Positions 51,791-60,076 of a stretch of 64,000 nt of DNA are shown here, one piece after another. Source of the DNA: Bacteroidota bacterium (GTDB lineage Bacteria > Bacteroidota > Bacteroidia > Flavobacteriales > Flavobacteriaceae); the NCBI GenBank assembly GCA_027592025.1, contig JAQCIQ010000009.1:14376-78375 (forward strand). The letters run 5' to 3'. The stretch's first letter is position 1, and every line of letters starts with the position of its first letter. A model generated the notes under the pieces. It searched no databases. It was not told where the DNA came from and saw only the letters and a list, made by a program, of their open reading frames with translations. Position numbers and translations under genes: made by a program.

Positions 51791-52366
51791 TTATTGCGGA
51801 AAACGCATTTTATAATCTGTTTTCACTTTACCAGAAGAAATGAGTTGGATGCGCTTTCTGAGCAGTCGTTTCTTTAAAGAAGACAATTTATCGGTAAATA
51901 AAATCCCTTCAATATGATCATATTCGTGCTGAATGACACGAGCCGCTAGACCGTCATAGGTTTCGATGTACTCTTGAAAATTTATGTCTTGATATTTAAT
52001 GGTCACTCGAGCCCTGCGGGACACGTCCTCTCTAATATTTGGAATACTTAAGCAGCCTTCGTTAAAGTCCCAATATTCGCCACTTTCCTCAATAACTTCT
52101 GGATTGATAAAAACTTTCTTAAGATTAAACAATATCTTTTGCTCGTCTTCCGACAAATCCTCGTCGTCGGCAAAAGGTGCTGTATCGACGACAAATAACC
52201 TAATATCTAAACCTATTTGCGGTGCCGCCAATCCCACTCCACTGGCTTCGTACATGGTGGCAAACATGTCGTTAATCAAGGTGTCAATATGCGGATAGTT
52301 GGGTTCGATGACCTTGCATTTTTTGCGCAAAACAGCATCTCCGATAGCAACAATTGGGTAAACCAT
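51791..52366 (-). CDS. def: Peptide deformylase
   Basis: GVGLAAPQIG, EGCLSIP and QHEYDHIEG. Start at MVYPIVAIGD; the upstream MYFCPLFFT is a promoter-box read-through. Confidence 0.9.
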   Translation of the reverse strand: MVYPIVAIGDAVLRKKCKVIEPNYPHIDTLINDMFATMYEASGVGLAAPQIGLDIRLFVVDTAPFADDEDLSEDEQKILFNLKKVFINPEVIEESGEYWDFNEGCLSIPNIREDVSRRARVTIKYQDINFQEYIETYDGLAARVIQHEYDHIEGILFTDKLSSLKKRLLRKRIQLISSGKVKTDYKMRFPQ

Positions 52367-52382
52367 GGTAAAAAATAAAGGA

Positions 52383-52390
52383 CAAAAATA
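52383..52390 (-). promoter_or_regulatory. Candidate -7 promoter box for def
   Basis: Minus-strand TATTTTTG, 16 nt upstream of the ATG at 52366. Confidence 0.45.
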
Positions 52391-52427
52391 CAATACTTAA
52401 ACGAATGAAACTTTCTAAAATTGAACC

Positions 52428-52841
52428 TCAATTCAAAGATTCCATAAAACCTTGCAGAATCAAGGTCGCACTGATTTTGTCCAGCATGCCCTTCTCTCTT
52501 CTTTTTGATTTTTTAACTCCTCCACTGATCATCGCCTGGCTGGCCATTTTGGAAGTAAAACGCTCGTCATATCTCACAACTTTTAGTCCAACGAAGTTCC
52601 TATCGAGACTCTCTATAAATTTCAAGATAGCAGGTTCGCTCTCTGATGCCGAATTATCCATTTGTTTTGGGAGTCCTACAACAATTAAATCTACTTCTTC
52701 TTTGGCAAAATATTCGGATAAAAAAAGAATGAGCTTGGAGGTTTCGACTGTGGTCAATCCTGAAGCGATTAACCTCAGCGGATCCGTAATTGCTATCCCA
52801 GATCTTTTGAGACCATAGTCAATGGCGAGTATTCTTGGCAT
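52428..52841 (-). CDS. ruvX: Holliday junction resolvase-like protein RuvX (YqgF)
   Basis: MPRILAIDYGLKRSGIAITD...VVGLP...DERFTS, 137 aa. Confidence 0.85.
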   Translation of the reverse strand: MPRILAIDYGLKRSGIAITDPLRLIASGLTTVETSKLILFLSEYFAKEEVDLIVVGLPKQMDNSASESEPAILKFIESLDRNFVGLKVVRYDERFTSKMASQAMISGGVKKSKRREKGMLDKISATLILQGFMESLN

Positions 52842-52882
52842 GTTGCTAAATTAAAAAACTTAATCGTACAAAAGGAATGTTT

Positions 52883-52890
52883 TATCTTTG
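52883..52890 (+). promoter_or_regulatory. Candidate -7 promoter box for dapD, 4 nt from the ATG
   Basis: TATCTTTG. The track ORF start at 52877 (MFYLCP) reads through this box. Confidence 0.4.
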
Positions 52891-52894
52891 CCCC

Positions 52895-53719
52895 ATGATG
52901 ACAGAAAGCCAAACCAAAAGTATCATTGAAAAAGCGTGGGATGACAGGACAATTTTGTCTGATCCAGACACCTTAAAAGCCATAGAGTCTGTTTTGAAAG
53001 ACTTGGACAATGGTCACCTGAGAGTTGCGCAGCCAGGGCCTAATGGGTGGCAAGTCAATGAATGGATTAAAAAGGCAGTGGTTTTGTACTTTCCAATCCG
53101 ACAAATGGAAACTTTTGAAGTTGGCCCCTTTGAATTTCACGACAAAATACCATTGAAATCGAACTACGCCGAAAAAGGGGTTCGAGTGGTTCCCACCGCT
53201 GTGGCACGTTACGGCGCATTTATTGCAAAAAATACGATTTTAATGCCAAGTTATGTCAATATCGGCGCCTATGTCGATGAGGGCACAATGGTTGACACTT
53301 GGGCCACAGTTGGGAGTTGTGCTCAAATTGGCAAAGGAGTTCACCTTTCAGGAGGGGTTGGAATTGGTGGAGTACTCGAACCGCTTCAAGCTGCACCAGT
53401 AATTATTGAAGATCACGCCTTTATTGGCTCGCGATGTATCGTTGTAGAAGGAGTTCGAGTGGAACGTGAGGCTGTTTTAGGAGCGAATGTTGTATTGACT
53501 GGCTCTACTAAAATTATTGACGTTTCAGGTTCAGAACCAGTTACGCTCCAAGGTGTTATTCCTGCGAGGTCAGTGGTTATTCCAGGCACCTATACCAAGA
53601 GTTTTTCTGCGGGAGACTACCAAGTGCCTTGTGCTTTAATTATAGGCAAAAGAAAAGAAAGTACTGATACAAAAACCACATTGAATCAGGCACTAAGAGA
53701 ATACGACGTGGCCGTATAA
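52895..53719 (+). CDS. dapD: 2,3,4,5-tetrahydropyridine-2,6-dicarboxylate N-succinyltransferase
   Basis: Left-handed beta-helix hexapeptide repeats (IGKGVHLSGGVGIGGVLEP...IIEDHAFIGSRCIVVEGV) with a DapD-type N-terminus (IIEKAWDDR). Confidence 0.85.
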   Translation: MMTESQTKSIIEKAWDDRTILSDPDTLKAIESVLKDLDNGHLRVAQPGPNGWQVNEWIKKAVVLYFPIRQMETFEVGPFEFHDKIPLKSNYAEKGVRVVPTAVARYGAFIAKNTILMPSYVNIGAYVDEGTMVDTWATVGSCAQIGKGVHLSGGVGIGGVLEPLQAAPVIIEDHAFIGSRCIVVEGVRVEREAVLGANVVLTGSTKIIDVSGSEPVTLQGVIPARSVVIPGTYTKSFSAGDYQVPCALIIGKRKESTDTKTTLNQALREYDVAV

Positions 53720-53733
53720 GTCTATCTGGCCAA

Positions 53734-54807
53734 ATGAAAAAAGTCCTAGTCATTCAAAACAAATTTATTGGTGATGTGCTCATCGCTTCTGTTCTTGCAC
53801 AGAACATCAAAAAAACATACCCCAATTGTCATGTGAGTTATCTGGTTTATGACTATTGTGCGGGAGTCATTGAAAACCATCCTCAAATAGACGAAGTCAT
53901 CATAGTGAACGAACGTTGGCTAAAAAAATTCCCAAATTTGATGAGATTGGCTTTCCAAATCAGAAAAAAATCATTTGACACCATTTTCGATCCTTATTCT
54001 AAATTTCAGAGCAGAGTGTTATGTCTGTTCTCATCAGCCGAGACTAGAATAGGTTTTTCCAAAGGCAATTTCGATAATCTGCTTCCCTATTACACTCATA
54101 GCGTTCAACATGTGCAGAAAAAAACTAGGAATTGTGGAAAATCTATTGAGGACCGACTCGCGCTCCTACAATGCTTTCCAGAAATTAATATAGAACAATT
54201 GGATGATAAACCAAAAATATATTTGTGTCCTGAAGAGCGAAACTACAAATCTGAGGAATTCCTTAAACCTCATATTGTTCTTGGCATTCTTGGCAGTACT
54301 GCCGTTAAGAGTTTGCCTCATCCCTATATTATAGAGATTGTAAATTTCTTGTCCACCAACTACGATTTTCAAATTATTTTCAACTACTCCCCCCATCAGA
54401 AAGAATTGGCTAAGGCCATCTATGACCAATGCGAGCACAAAGACAAAATTTCACTTGACCTCTACGAAAATTCCATCCGTGGATTTGTCAAAATAATGGG
54501 TCAATCGCGATTGCTAATTGCCAATGAAGGAGGTTCTGTTCACATCGCAAAAGCTCTGGACAAACCAACTTTTACAATATTTTCGCCCTATGAATTGAAA
54601 GAACATTGGGCTAGTTTTGACGACGGCAAATTTCACGCTTCCGTCCACCTTTTAGAGGAAAAACCTGAACTTTTTCCTGAAATCACGAGAAAACTTAGAA
54701 GGAAAATCGAGGCTAATCCTAGCTTTTACTACAACGAATTCAGGCCAGAATTGATTACTCCCAAATTGAAAGTGTTCTTGGAGCACCACGCCGATCGGCT
54801 TTTATGA
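53734..54807 (+). CDS. Glycosyltransferase family 9 (heptosyltransferase-like)
   Basis: MKKVLVIQNKFIGDVLIAS...GSTAVKSLP...LIANEGGSVHIAKAL, 357 aa. Confidence 0.8.
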   Translation: MKKVLVIQNKFIGDVLIASVLAQNIKKTYPNCHVSYLVYDYCAGVIENHPQIDEVIIVNERWLKKFPNLMRLAFQIRKKSFDTIFDPYSKFQSRVLCLFSSAETRIGFSKGNFDNLLPYYTHSVQHVQKKTRNCGKSIEDRLALLQCFPEINIEQLDDKPKIYLCPEERNYKSEEFLKPHIVLGILGSTAVKSLPHPYIIEIVNFLSTNYDFQIIFNYSPHQKELAKAIYDQCEHKDKISLDLYENSIRGFVKIMGQSRLLIANEGGSVHIAKALDKPTFTIFSPYELKEHWASFDDGKFHASVHLLEEKPELFPEITRKLRRKIEANPSFYYNEFRPELITPKLKVFLEHHADRLL

Positions 54808-55641
54808 GGAAGCTTCTGCGTTGTTTTGTGTAATGCCATAAGGTGTCTGAACAATTTTCTCAGTCTTGGTCTGTTTTCTAATGTTCAGATTGCGTTGCAA
54901 TGACTCTTTGGTTTTATATCCTCGAGCGTGATCCAAATGCAGGCATATAGCTCTATAGCGAATTTGCTTGGACTTAATTCTAAGATTTACCAAACGTTCT
55001 CCCAGTTCTCGATCGGGTCCACCGTATCTCATCCTCTCGTCATAGCCGTTTATGGCCAGCAAATCTTCTTTCCAAGCAGAGGAATTGCAATTGTTAAAAG
55101 TAGCTCCAGTCGGCGTAGTAAAATCTAAAATGTTGGCTAACGATTTTCCTGCGCTTAACTTAAGTCTTTGCTTCCAACCCAATGGCCCCATTTTTGACAA
55201 AAAAGAAGGTTTGAAACAATGCGAAGTTTTGATATCTTCCTCCGCAATGGCCTCACTGACGTCCATGGACAATTTGCAATAGCCCCCGGACAAAAAGAAA
55301 CCTTTTTCCGCAAACTGAACATGCACTTCTAGAAAATCAGGCCTTGGAATGCAATCGCCATCAGTAAACAATACATAGGGGTTAGCGGCAGCAACTATCG
55401 CCAGATTCAAGATCCGTTGTCTGCGGTAACCTTGATCTTCGTGCCATATATGTCTTAAGGGCACTGGAAAGCTCTTTGCAAACCGATCGATTAGTGCCTT
55501 AGTCTCTGGTCCAGAACCGTCATCAGCGACAATGACTTCAAAATTTTCATAGGTCTGAACACTATATCCTGTAAGAACTTTAGCGAGCCATGCTTCCGAA
55601 TTGTATGTACTGATGATTACGGTAACGGCCAATGTTTTCAT
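54802..55641 (-). CDS. Glycosyltransferase family 2
   Basis: VTVIISTYNSEAWL...VIVADDGSGPET...FTDGDCIP. ATG at 55641 (MKTLAV). Confidence 0.75.
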   Translation of the reverse strand: MKTLAVTVIISTYNSEAWLAKVLTGYSVQTYENFEVIVADDGSGPETKALIDRFAKSFPVPLRHIWHEDQGYRRQRILNLAIVAAANPYVLFTDGDCIPRPDFLEVHVQFAEKGFFLSGGYCKLSMDVSEAIAEEDIKTSHCFKPSFLSKMGPLGWKQRLKLSAGKSLANILDFTTPTGATFNNCNSSAWKEDLLAINGYDERMRYGGPDRELGERLVNLRIKSKQIRYRAICLHLDHARGYKTKESLQRNLNIRKQTKTEKIVQTPYGITQNNAEASS

Positions 55642-55661
55642 ATTTCCCCTTTTGATGAGCG

Positions 55662-55669
55662 CAAATTTA
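55662..55669 (-). promoter_or_regulatory. Candidate -7 promoter box
   Basis: Minus-strand TAAATTTG, 20 nt upstream of the ATG at 55641. Confidence 0.4.
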
Positions 55670-55764
55670 CACATTATAAAAATACCTTCACCGCGAGACA
55701 ACTCATCCTAAAACGTGAAATCAAAAAAATCGTACTTTTAGCTGATAAAATTGTAACAATCGGC

Positions 55765-56514
55765 ATGTCTAAAATTTCCGTAATTATTCCCACCTGCAAC
55801 GAAGAAGCTTTTGTTAAAAATGCCATTCAATCTGTGGAATTTGCCGATGAAATTATCGTTATAGACTCAAATAGTACTGATAGAACGGCTCAAATTGCCG
55901 AAGGGTTAGGGTGTAAAGTGTTGTTTCGTGAATTTGATAATTTTTCAAACCAAAAAAATCACGCCCTTCAATTCGCTTCCAATGAATGGGTTTTATTTCT
56001 TGATGCTGACGAACGGATCACCAACCGACTGAGGTATGAAATTTTGGAAGCTGTAAAAAGCAACGAATTTACTGGATATAAGTTATATTTCCCTCATTTC
56101 TTCATGAATCGATTTCTTTACCACCACAGCAATATGGTGACGAGATTGGTCAAAAAAGACTCATGCCATTTTTCAGGTGATGTACACGAAAAACTCCATG
56201 TCAATGGCAAAATAGGTAAATTAAAACATCAGGTCAACCACTATACCTACAAGGGTCTGACGCATTACATTTCCAAAAAGGATCATTATTCCTATTTTCA
56301 ATCTCAACAAGCTCTGAAAAAAAATAAAAATGCCTCCCTATTGGTATTTTTCTTCAAGCCGTTCTATCGTTTTTTTAGCAGTTATGTCCTAAGAGGGGGA
56401 TTTAAAGATGGTATTCCTGGCCTAATCGTTGCGCGCATCAACGCCTATGGGGTATTTTCGAGATATGCTAAACTTGAAATTTCCAAGCACCATCAAAACC
56501 AAAATCGTCCATAA
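55765..56514 (+). CDS. Glycosyltransferase family 2 (LPS-core type), paralogue A
   Basis: ISVIIPTCNEE...IIVIDSNSTDRT...FSNQKNHAL...LFLDADE, 249 aa. Confidence 0.75.
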   Translation: MSKISVIIPTCNEEAFVKNAIQSVEFADEIIVIDSNSTDRTAQIAEGLGCKVLFREFDNFSNQKNHALQFASNEWVLFLDADERITNRLRYEILEAVKSNEFTGYKLYFPHFFMNRFLYHHSNMVTRLVKKDSCHFSGDVHEKLHVNGKIGKLKHQVNHYTYKGLTHYISKKDHYSYFQSQQALKKNKNASLLVFFFKPFYRFFSSYVLRGGFKDGIPGLIVARINAYGVFSRYAKLEISKHHQNQNRP

Positions 56515-57200
56515 CGCAATTTCCGTCTGAATTCCCGATCAGTGAATTCTCCTCTGATGTCAATCCGTTGGATTTCAAAAGCATTCTTAAATGGGAATCG
56601 GTTCAAGCGATTTCCAATCCTTAAGCCATAAGAGATTTTAAACTCCTTCAACAATTCAAAAAACTGTATGTTAGCCTTGCCTTTTCGTGGAAATTTCCCG
56701 TAGGGATAGGCAATTACTGGACTTACCTCAAGTTGGTTAGACCTCACAAAAGTGTCGCATTGTTCGAGGTCGGCTCGGATTTCCTCTAGAGACATTTGAT
56801 CATATCGACCATGGGCGAATGAATGCCAACCGAGCTCCACGATGGACTGATCAAGAGACCTTAAATGGTCGATTGACATTATAGGTTCTTTGCCCTGATC
56901 CCAAGCATTGAAACCACCCACATATTTGAACGGAATGCAAAAACATGCTTTAAACCCGAAACTTACCAGCAGTGGATAGGCCCAATCGAGCTGATTGACA
57001 TAAACATCATCAAACGAAATAATGATTGGTTTTAGAGGCAATTCATTCAACAGTAATAAATCCTTAAAATGAATTGGATTATATCCCTCGTCTTTGAGAT
57101 ATTCAAAATGAGATTGGAGTCGATCCGCGTCTATGGTTAGCCCTGAAGCCCCAGTTCCCGCTGGAGCAATTTGATGAAACATGAGAACTGGTATTCGCAT
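56493..57200 (-). CDS. Polysaccharide deacetylase (NodB homology domain)
   Basis: IPVLMFHQI, IISFDD (NodB motif 1) and HSFAH (H-S/T-x-x-H motif). ATG at 57200; the track start is TTG. Confidence 0.7.
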   Translation of the reverse strand: MRIPVLMFHQIAPAGTGASGLTIDADRLQSHFEYLKDEGYNPIHFKDLLLLNELPLKPIIISFDDVYVNQLDWAYPLLVSFGFKACFCIPFKYVGGFNAWDQGKEPIMSIDHLRSLDQSIVELGWHSFAHGRYDQMSLEEIRADLEQCDTFVRSNQLEVSPVIAYPYGKFPRKGKANIQFFELLKEFKISYGLRIGNRLNRFPFKNAFEIQRIDIRGEFTDREFRRKLRYGRFWF

Positions 57201-57300
57201 ATGAAATTCACAGGTTGGCAAACTAATATCTACTTATAATAACTACATTTGCTTAGCTATCAGTGTCAACTTTGGCACTAAAGTAAACAATTCAACAGAC

Positions 57301-58047
57301 TTGATCAGCGCATTAGCCATAACTTTCAATGAAGTCCAGAACGTAGAAGCCTATCTCGAAAGACTGAGCTTTGCAGATGAAATAATCATTGTCGATTCAT
57401 TCAGTTCGGACGGTACAAAGGAGTTGGCTGAAAAAATGGGTGCCCGAGTAGTTCAGAGAAAATTTGATCATTTTTCTAACCAAAGAAACTTTGCACTGTC
57501 ATTAGCTAAGCATGATTGGGTAGTGTTTTTTGATTTGGACGAACGCATCAACAATGATTTGGTTTTAGAAATCAAAGAAAAGGTCAATTCGCAAGCCCAA
57601 CTCGATGGCTACTATGTAAAACGACAGTATTTTTTTTTTAATCAACGCATTAAATACAGCGGCTTTCAAACCGACTGGTCCGTTAGGCTATTTAAAAAAT
57701 CAACTTGTACTTATGATGGCAATTTCGTCCATGAAGAAATTAAAACTACTGGTCAATTTGGTCGTTTAGAAAATGCAGCAAACCACTATTCATTTTCTGA
57801 TTTTGATCGGTACAATCAAAAATTGACTCAGTATAGTAAATTACAAGCAGAAGTTTTGTTTGATAAAGGAGTTAGACCAAACCTTTTTCATTTTTTAGTT
57901 AGACCAAGCTATAGATTCTTTACTCAATATTTTTGGCGTTTGGGACTTCTGGATGGCAAGGCTGGTTTTATTTTAGCCTATGTTCACAGTTTCGCTGTAT
58001 TCAAAAGATATGCCTTTCTCTGGCTCAAATACCGAGGAATTGAATAA
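57301..58047 (+). CDS. Glycosyltransferase family 2 (LPS-core type), paralogue B
   Basis: ISALAITFNE...IIIVDSFSSDGT...FSNQRNFAL...VFFDLDE aligns along its length with 55765-56514. It has a TTG start and no in-frame ATG between the upstream stop (57202) and 57301. Confidence 0.7.
   Translation: MISALAITFNEVQNVEAYLERLSFADEIIIVDSFSSDGTKELAEKMGARVVQRKFDHFSNQRNFALSLAKHDWVVFFDLDERINNDLVLEIKEKVNSQAQLDGYYVKRQYFFFNQRIKYSGFQTDWSVRLFKKSTCTYDGNFVHEEIKTTGQFGRLENAANHYSFSDFDRYNQKLTQYSKLQAEVLFDKGVRPNLFHFLVRPSYRFFTQYFWRLGLLDGKAGFILAYVHSFAVFKRYAFLWLKYRGIE
57630..57639 (+). repeat. T10 homopolymer inside the GT2 coding sequence
   Basis: cag tat ttt ttt ttt aat, encoding QYFFFN. It is the longest coding homopolymer I noticed in the window. 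Confidence 0.9.
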
Positions 58048-58968
58048 CTAACGGTGAGGCATTCTGACCTGCTTGTACCTCAATGACTCTGACATCGGGC
58101 TACCCTTCAGCAATAATTTCAATATTCTAAATTTGCTCGGTTTTCCAATCCCTTTTACTGCATTAGCCAATATGTTACCAACTAATATGGCCCAATAGGT
58201 AAACGAGCCAAAATGTTTTTTTAGAATGTAGAAATAAGAAATTAAGAATTCCTGCTTACTCAACCACCTATCTCCAGTACTTTTTCCTTCAAAATGAACA
58301 TATGAGACGTATGGAACAAAATAAGTTTCATACCCAGCCAACTTGAGGCGGTAGCAAATGTCAATTTCTTCGAAATACAAGAACAACTTGGTGTCCATAC
58401 CTCCTATTTCCCAAAATGATGAGGCTCGAAAGCACATCAGTGAACCTTGGACAGCGTTGACCAAGACTGGACTAGTGTGGTTTCTGAATCTTCTAGGGTA
58501 TTTACTAGGCCAAAAATACTCCATAGCAGAGCGACCAAAAAAATCCTTAGCGATGCAGGGAAAATGATCTAATCCACGGAGTTCTTCTCCGTTTTCATCA
58601 AAAACTCGAGGGCCGCTCACCCCTGCCTTTGGTGTTTTCTGCATAAAATCGATCAAATGTTCGAAGGTACTAACGTCCACTTGTACGTCATTGTTTAGAA
58701 ACCCGATGTAATTCCCACGCGCTAGTTTAGCTCCCAACATGTTGCCCCCGGCAAAGCCTAGATTCAAATCGCTGGACAGCAGTTGAATTGGCTTCGACTT
58801 TGCCCAAGTTTTTAAGTTTTGGTATGCTGCTTCTTCTGAAGCATTGTCCACCAAGATATATTCAATTTCAAGTTGGGTTGACTGTTTGAGTAATCCTTCC
58901 AAGCAAGAAATGGTGTAATCCGTACTGTTGTAATTAATCATTACGATACTCAAGTCAATTACACTCAT
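58048..58968 (-). CDS. Glycosyltransferase family 2
   Basis: LSIVMINYNSTDYT...YILVDNASEE...FLNNDVQV. The ATG at 58968 forms an ATGA overlap with the upstream stop. Confidence 0.75.
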   Translation of the reverse strand: MSVIDLSIVMINYNSTDYTISCLEGLLKQSTQLEIEYILVDNASEEAAYQNLKTWAKSKPIQLLSSDLNLGFAGGNMLGAKLARGNYIGFLNNDVQVDVSTFEHLIDFMQKTPKAGVSGPRVFDENGEELRGLDHFPCIAKDFFGRSAMEYFWPSKYPRRFRNHTSPVLVNAVQGSLMCFRASSFWEIGGMDTKLFLYFEEIDICYRLKLAGYETYFVPYVSYVHFEGKSTGDRWLSKQEFLISYFYILKKHFGSFTYWAILVGNILANAVKGIGKPSKFRILKLLLKGSPMSESLRYKQVRMPHR

Positions 58969-59981
58969 AATTGATGCCAAGGTTTAGTTAGACTATTATA
59001 CCAATCGGCCAAACTATCGGGTTGTTTCAAGTCGCCAGAAAGACGGTTGTAAGCCGTATAAACAGGACATCCGAACTCATGAGCGTAGTGCCCAGCGGAG
59101 GAAATGACCGTGAAAACGTTCGGCAGATGTTGAAAGCAATAGTGCTCCAAATTGACCTCTGGACCCAAAAAAGAAACAGTCACGCCGACATAATTCTTTT
59201 CCACCTCTTTAAAAACGACATCAAGTTGTTCTTTGACATTGACATTTTCATCGTTGAACAAAGTAGGATGATACTTGACAATAAGTTGATTTGAAAGTTC
59301 CAATGCTTTTGGAATCATCAGTTCACTGAGTACTTTCAGATATTTTCCCGTAGAAATCAAGGATTCCTTAAAATCCAAAAATCCATCAACCACCATCAGT
59401 GACTCTCCCTTTGAAGCTTGTTCTCCCTCATATAAATTAGGAAGTGTAACTCGATTTGTCGACTGTAAAAAGGCCTTTGACAGTCCGTAGCTTCCACTGT
59501 ATTTTTTAAATTCAGGAAATAAAGATTGACCAAATCTATTATTATCGGTATAGTGGTTAGGGATATAAGACGCCACGCCTTCCTCGATGTAAAAAAACCC
59601 CAAGCAAAAAGGAGACTTAACTAACTTAAAGGATCTCAACAAGGCGTGGGGCAGATATAAGTAAAATCCACTCATGATGAAATATTGTCGGTTTTGCGCC
59701 CAAGTCAAAACCCTTTTTTTTGAAATAATTCTAAAATAGAAAATAAAATGAAAGAACACCGACATCACATTGGTAAGTATCCACTGCTTTCGAAACGAAC
59801 GTTCTGAAAAGGTCTTTGAGAGTGGTCTGTGAGCGAATTCAATTCCTCTATCCAACACAAAGCCTATTCGCTCGTCAACAATTCCTTTTTGGTCAATAAT
59901 TCTATCAGATACGACTGCTGTAATACCACTATGTACAAAGAAAATATGTGAAGGATCAGTCACTGCCAGAATTTGAAACAA
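58965..59981 (-). CDS. Uncharacterised protein of the glycan cluster (candidate novel glycosyltransferase)
   Basis: 338-codon ORF translationally coupled (ATGA) to the downstream GT2. I recognise no family. The start is uncertain: the track's TTG at 59981 is part of a TATTTTTG box, and GTG at 59963 or ATT at 59972 are alternatives. Confidence 0.5.
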   Translation of the reverse strand: MFQILAVTDPSHIFFVHSGITAVVSDRIIDQKGIVDERIGFVLDRGIEFAHRPLSKTFSERSFRKQWILTNVMSVFFHFIFYFRIISKKRVLTWAQNRQYFIMSGFYLYLPHALLRSFKLVKSPFCLGFFYIEEGVASYIPNHYTDNNRFGQSLFPEFKKYSGSYGLSKAFLQSTNRVTLPNLYEGEQASKGESLMVVDGFLDFKESLISTGKYLKVLSELMIPKALELSNQLIVKYHPTLFNDENVNVKEQLDVVFKEVEKNYVGVTVSFLGPEVNLEHYCFQHLPNVFTVISSAGHYAHEFGCPVYTAYNRLSGDLKQPDSLADWYNSLTKPWHQL

Positions 59982-59986
59982 AAATA
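59979..59986 (-). promoter_or_regulatory. Candidate -7 promoter box overlapping the predicted TTG start
   Basis: Minus-strand TATTTTTG. Its TTG is the track's start codon for 58965-59981. Confidence 0.3.
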
Positions 59987-60045
59987 CAAAATCGAACTAA
60001 TGATTTAATATTTATTGAATCAATCGTCAAATGTCTTAACAGTTT

Positions 60046-60053
60046 TATCTTTG
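60046..60053 (+). promoter_or_regulatory. Candidate -7 promoter box for the tsaC-cca-ctaA operon
   Basis: TATCTTTG, 23 nt upstream of the TTG at 60077. Confidence 0.45.
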
Positions 60054-60076
60054 CCATGTACAAAACTTGAATTACG

